Below the pieces are notes generated by a model, which worked only from the letters and a program-made list of their open reading frames with translations, was not told where the DNA came from and ran no database searches. Made by a program: the position numbers and the translations under genes. Positions 58,601 through 64,000 of a stretch of 64,000 bases of DNA are shown piece by piece. Origin of the DNA: Antedon mediterranea (taxonomy: Eukaryota > Animalia > Echinodermata). Location: contig NC_092674.1 of the NCBI RefSeq assembly GCF_964355755.1, positions 10,602,001-10,666,000 of the forward strand, in the 5' to 3' direction. Position 1 is the first letter of the stretch; each line of letters opens with the position of its first letter.

Positions 58601-61600
58601 TAAGGCATTATGGGCGCCTTAAAATGAGCTTGAGGCTGTGTTGAAGACTTGGAAGATGGGTCTTCTCTCCCCCTGTACAAAACGACATCCTCGATGTATG
58701 TTTCCCTGTATGCAAAAGGTCACATGTTCAAAATAAAATATAACAACTTACAATGTTCTCCAAAGGCCTTGGTCGTGAACACTTCACGTAATGAGACCAC
58801 ATTGGAATGTTGTAGCTTCTTCCACATATCAACTAATGTCATCCACTGTGAATTCGCCACTTTGAAACCTATCATAAACAAAACAATAGGCTACGTTTCT
58901 ATTCATTATTAATTTCTATAACACACCTGAGTGTATTATTGCAATTTTATTGGTCAATTACGAATCATGTGTCATGTGATAATCTAGTGATAATTAACAC
59001 GCTCTAATGCACGGCCAGCTTTCTGTAAACATCATTTTGATATGCGACGTTGTTGACCGATTGCATTCGGAAATCAATTGTTGTGTAAGCCGTCTATCTA
59101 ACTTTTCTACTCCATGTCTAAGGTTGGAGCACTTCTTTATTAATGGCCTAGCATTCGTCAATAATTTACTGCTCTATTTTCAACTCGGCTCCACCTCATC
59201 GTTAAAAATAGAGCAGTCAATTTTTCAACTCATGAAATATTCTCACCATCCAACTCATAATAAACATTCATTATTTTATTTTAACATTACATAAAAGTGA
59301 AAAATACAATAATTGTGTAATCGCAAAAAACATGGTTATCCTTGATGTTCTTGCGCATATTGTTTTTATTGCCTTTTTTACAAAAGCACAATCAATAAAA
59401 TTAAAGCAATAATTTAACAGAATTGAATAGATTTACAACAACTGACCTATGACCCTTCGTAAGCAGTATGTTTTATTATCTTTACTGTTGACAGCTTTGA
59501 AGCACTGTGTACTGTAACCAAATGTACTATTTTTGTCCATGGGTCCTTTTGGTGTTCCCTCCAATGGGTACAGTGTGTGGTACTTATCAACTTCTTGTGG
59601 GATATCTACAAGGAAAAACAACAAGTTTAAATACCCTACAGATTCCTTTATTTGTATCTAAAGCTCTCTCTACACTATCAAACTAATTTGACAAAATAGT
59701 GTGATGTGCCCAAATATGGTAGTGAAATGTTTAAATATGGTACTGTAGTGATATGAAATTATCATGTCCATATATGAGCGCATAACATTTTTTGTCACAT
59801 AAAGTTTGATAGTGTAGACAGCGCTTTAAGATGACACTTAGTGATATGCGCATACTGTACATTTTAAATAGAAGAAAGAATACCAATAGATTTCATGGAG
59901 TAATAATAATAAAAATGGAAAGTCTTATATAGCGCCTAATACAATATTTCTAAGCGCTTTACACAGTCTGGATTTGGGATGTCTACTCACCAGGATGTTC
60001 AGTTGGATCTATCTGAGCAAGCGTCACCAGATGCCTGTGCAATATGTCCACTTTGATGTCCTCTCCCATGAAGAATGATGGACCTTGCGGCTTCTGCTTC
60101 ATGTAGGCTATGTGAGCTGGAACCGACGGATACATGTGAAAGTTCGGAAGCACCTGACAAAAAAATATAAAACAATGTGTACTAACTGAAAAGGCAAGAA
60201 TTGTTTGTGATGACTTGAAAGGATCTGTATAAATTTAAAAAGTATCATTTTAATTTCTTTCTGCGCTTTCAGAGCTTTTGAGGATTGTTTATTGTGTATT
60301 AAAGGCATTTCATTAGGCCTTAACAACATACACAATATACAGACCTTTTTTTATGTGTTGGGGGGGGGGGGGGAATATAAGAGACGTGGACAGACTTAAC
60401 TGTATAGTTAATAAGGCTGGGGGATAGTGGGCGAGTGTGTGTCGACAGTTGATACGATATACCGAGAGAGGGCAAAATGAAAATTACTGAAGTTATAGCG
60501 GATCCATCCGATCCCCTCAATTCTGTTAATGTCTAGCTATATTGAACGGAGCGGTTGACTCGGATTATCATCGGCACGCATAAACTGCTATAGAATTCGT
60601 TATACCGTTATATTTGTTTATCCTACTGGGATACGATGTTATAACAGCCATTTTTTATAGATAATCTGTTTGATGCATTTACTTAGTTAGAGAAGTATCA
60701 TTTTCATCATGTAAATCTAAATGTTAATTTCCTGTGAAGGATGAAATAAAGTTTATCTGAATCTGTACGACATTACAACACACCAGAGAGTTTATATTGG
60801 TATTATTTATAGAACTCATAATATCACTTACCAAGCCGCTAAGTTGGTTTGCTTCTTGTGCTAATTGCTGTTCCGTGTAAAAATAAGTTGTTCCCCCAAT
60901 GTTTTCCTGTATTGTTGTATTCCCGCTGGAATTACTACTTTGTTTATTTTGTTCTTTCCGCCTTGTTCCAGGTGAATGAGCAGGCGAATGAAGCGGTGAA
61001 GCACCAGCAGATAATGAGCCTATATTGGGATAAAATTAACATCACTAGTTATAATATATTTTTTTTCTTTTTGGAAATATTTAGGCATATTGTCAAGAAT
61101 AACCATAAGTGATTTCAGTCACTGTCCTTCTAAAATATTGCAATCCTGTTCACAAGACAAACACACACACAAAGTATAAAACGTCTTTTGGACTGGACAT
61201 CTGACAGGATTTAAACTCAGGACCATGGGATTGGTAACCGGGAATCTCAACCACCAAGTCAAAACTTCACTCCAAAATACATATATGTATATATAATTTA
61301 AAAATGCATTTATTATTCAACAAAATTGGATTATGATAATAAATAATGTACGAACCAGCCGTGAGGTCACTGCCTAGTGTCATCAAGGCCGTAGAACTTG
61401 CACTTGTCTTCATACCCAATCCGATTGGGGGATTGTATGGGTTGGTCGCTTCGGAAGCACCCATCGTTGTCAATGAGGTTGCACTCACGCTTGGCCTAAG
61501 CATACCTGCTGGTCTTTGCATTTGGGAAGACGATAAATGCGCGCGTGGAACAAATTCTGGTATTTCAGAAAATGTACTTGTTGGAGGAACATTGCGTGTA

Positions 61601-62848
61601 CCTGGAAGAAACTCCTGCTGGCTGTGCATTCCATGCATGCCTGGAATAAACTCAGATGCTTTTGGGTTTGGCATCTAAAAAAGACAACATTATCTTAAAT
61701 ATTGCACACAGTATACATTTATTCACTGGCTGGCAAACAGGACAAAATAAACGGTTACATTTAACCAGAAATCTGTTCCTTCTAGCTCATTTTTGTTTTG
61801 ATCCAATTTTTTTTTCAAAGTGAATAACTATTATGTGACATTAAAATGGCATTTCAACAACTTGCTACATTATTTTTTTACTGGGACAATATACTGTATA
61901 CTTAATAGGTTAAATTAATAAATTTGAGTTTTAGATTAAAATATGAAGAATAAGGTTTATATATTCATTGAATTTATTTGTGTTTATAGTTGGTTTATAT
62001 TATTTACAAACTATTATATAAGTGTAAACAATAATATTAATAGTGAAGAAAAACGTTCAATGTTGCCAGACGTAGATGGATATCAACAAGCGATTTGGAG
62101 TATATTTGTATTTATATAGTACAAACAAAACGAAAATCAATGATAGATTTACAAGTAAAGAATAAAGTAAATCCCAATAACAATGAGAATATGTAACAGA
62201 TATGTGAGAAGCTATTAACAAGGGTAAATCATGCGTGTAGCATTGTGTTAAATTACCTATAGCAATGCACAGCTAAAGTAAAAGGAATCTTGTTTGTCAT
62301 TATACAACTAACGAATGCATATTAATTACATAGTGGGATTTGCGCAGTTTAGATAGAAATAGCCATCGAGATGTATTTTAGAATATATTGTTGAATATAA
62401 ATTACTTTCTTATGCTATAAATAAATATAGGTCTTAAAAACATTTTTATTTATTCACAAAATGTTAGCAGTCCAAATTAAAGGGTGGCCTTTACGGCTCA
62501 GTTGCTGTACTCATCAATCATACTTGAGTGAGATATTTCCCTAAAGCTCTGTCTACACTATCAAAGTAGTCTAACAAAAAAAGTGTGATGTGCGCAAATA
62601 TGGTAGTGTAGTGATAAGATGACATCAGGTCCATATACGAGTACATAACATTTTTTTGTCACATAAAGTTTGATAGTGTAGACAGAGTATAAGATAATAG
62701 AGTTGTATAATTTTGGCCTAGTAGATTGTTTCAAGCACATTTTAAGTATTTACCCCTGGCATTCTGATCTCTCTCTCAGGCATCTGCGACATCCTCATTC
62801 CAGTAAACTGGTTAGACAGATGTTCCTCATTCACTATATTAGTTGATC
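52700..62848 (-). CDS. PAN3: PAN2-PAN3 deadenylase regulatory subunit PAN3 (partial; 5' exons beyond the window)
   Basis: Exons (-): 62754-62848, 61356-61674, 60832-61019, 59991-60153, 59447-59605, 58752-58868, 55888-55977, 55105-55349, 54195-54334, 53713-53907, 53451-53589, 52700-52855. Introns are GT-AG with consistent phases. Motifs: PAM2 [20 protein letters not shown], pseudokinase ([35 protein letters not shown]), [40 protein letters not shown]. Confidence 0.96.
55697..55868 (-). other. Conserved intronic element, copy A, at the 5' end of a PAN3 intron
   Basis: Homologous to 58565-58732. The shared TGTGACC (minus strand) starts at intron nt +28 in both copies. Confidence 0.8.
56191..56691. 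mobile_element. pogo/Tigger-type non-autonomous DNA transposon (501 bp)
   Basis: TA|CAGTAGAACCTGTATTTTACGTAC ... GTACGTAAAATGAAGGTTCTACTG|TA, with internal ATTTTACG subterminal repeats. Confidence 0.88.
57783..58270 (+). repeat. Tandem duplication, ~200-215-bp unit, 2.3 copies
   Basis: AAGG(C/T)AA...GAAGGAAATCCTG recurs at 57783, 57998 and 58199. Confidence 0.85.
58565..58732 (-). other. Conserved intronic element, copy B, at the 5' end of the preceding PAN3 intron
   Basis: Shares GATAAATAAGGCATTATGGGC, TTAAAATGAG.TTGAGGCT, GAAGACTTGGAAGATGGGTCTTC and CCTGTATGCAAAAGGTCACA with copy A. Confidence 0.8.
59659..59829. mobile_element. MITE family C, near-complete copy
   Basis: TAA|AGCTCTCTCTACACTATCAAAC ... 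GTTTGATAGTGTAGACAGCGCT|TTA. The TWA flanks suggest PIF/Harbinger. Confidence 0.8.
62543..62690. mobile_element. MITE family C copy
   Basis: AGCTCTGTCTACACTATCAAA ... TTTGATAGTGTAGACAGAG. Confidence 0.8.
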
Positions 62849-64000
62849 CTAAAGTGAAAAACACATTCACATTAAAATGCATTCTACATGAAACATGGGG
62901 AAATTATATGTTTCAACATTATAGTCATCTCTATTCCCTATCAGACACCCATTTAGGGATAATTCGTTGTGTCCAAAAGACGTTCAATTAATAGGGTTCT
63001 ACTACATCTTTATCAGACATGGTCTTCTTAAATGACTATAATGTAAAATTTGGCCTTTGATTAAAATCACTAATGTACAACATCACACATTCACAAACAT
63101 TGATTACAATAATGTAAACAATAATCAAATTATACGATCCTAATTATTTCAGTCCATCCATCTATCCAAGTATCCTTGTATCAATTTTCTTTTGCATATT
63201 CTAATTATATCCATACTAGATGCATAATGAGCCAAATGTTATCAAGTTAATGCATCAAGTATCAAGGGATTAAACAAGAAAGCAACGTAGGACTAATAAC
63301 TACGTGGTTCCGGTTGAATGATTTCATTGTAATATTTTTTGCTTCAAGGCATACTGTATGGAAGATTTGTTAATAGAGAGGTTTCGCAATCTTACGAATA
63401 CGATAACGAAAACGTCACGCACACGTATTCGTCTTCGTAAGCCATAAAAAAATCTGTTTCGCATGGCAACGAAATATTGAGGCGCGTCCAAAATATTCAG
63501 CGAAAAATTTCATTTAACAATTTTGTTTAGCAATATTGTTAATCAAACTGATTTTTGAGTAGAGAAACATAGTGTTGTATTGTATTTTTTGCTACACAAT
63601 TTCAGAAATGTGTAGCAATAAGGTTGTTTTGTATAGCTTTTTGCTATGCTACACTGGCGAAAATGTTCCCTGCACTGCGGTAAATTTGAGCGAAGCGCAG
63701 GTACGTGTTGCTTGGTGCTTGGCTGCCTAGGCCTAGCGTAACATCAAAGCGAGTGAGGACTTTAAAAACTGCTATTTATCAAAATTGACTTGGCATTTTA
63801 GTAAATTACTTTAGTAAATTACTTTCAATAAATCTATAATTATATTATAATCATGAATCATTCCTGATTCAAATGCAAAATCATAATGTGCAAAATCGAT
63901 CAAAAACTATACTCGTTTTGTAGTTACGAATATGACTGGTGATATTCGTCAACACGAATACGCTTTACGAATATGAAATGGGGATCAGCTCAAAAGTTTC

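Noticed and set aside
55697-58732. Firm H/ACA or C/D snoRNA call for the duplicated PAN3 intronic element
   Set aside because: An ANANNA box follows the first hairpin only in copy B (AGAGAA), not copy A, and there is no RUGAUGA/CUGA pair. Left unclassified.
61346-61678. 110-aa + strand ORF (likewise 10862-11206, 13084-13404, 14315-14674, 55148-55357)
   Set aside because: Antisense shadows of real exons or retroelement ORFs.
63374-64000. Additional PAN3 exon or promoter at the window end
   Set aside because: No CCCH-finger coding sequence could be read. It looks like a TIR-element end (TAGAGAGGTTTCGCAA with TACGAATA repeats) whose other boundary is not visible.

Overview
AT-rich, intron-rich animal DNA. 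An invertebrate deuterostome such as an echinoderm is plausible, inferred only from the Deu-type SINE, the Gmr1-type element and gene similarity. Four spliced genes were assembled by hand from GT/AG boundaries. (1) A CETN2-like centrin (- strand, 5 exons). (2) NSDHL (+ strand, 8 exons), head-to-head with centrin as in human Xq28. (3) A divergent 3-exon FGF (+ strand). (4) The 3' twelve coding exons of PAN3 (- strand; the 5' end lies beyond the window). Centrin intron 1 holds a complete, very young Gmr1-like Ty3/Gypsy LTR retrotransposon with 432/435-bp LTRs, a GGCAC TSD, a tRNA-Leu PBS, a SCAN-like Gag and PR-IN-RT-RH domain order. The first 6 kb contains TE and zinc-finger relics. MITEs, SINEs and tandem arrays are scattered throughout. 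The most unexplained signal is that two consecutive PAN3 introns begin with homologous, potentially structured ~170-nt sequences at exactly the same distance from their 5' splice sites. All calls come from reading and hand translation; no searches were run.
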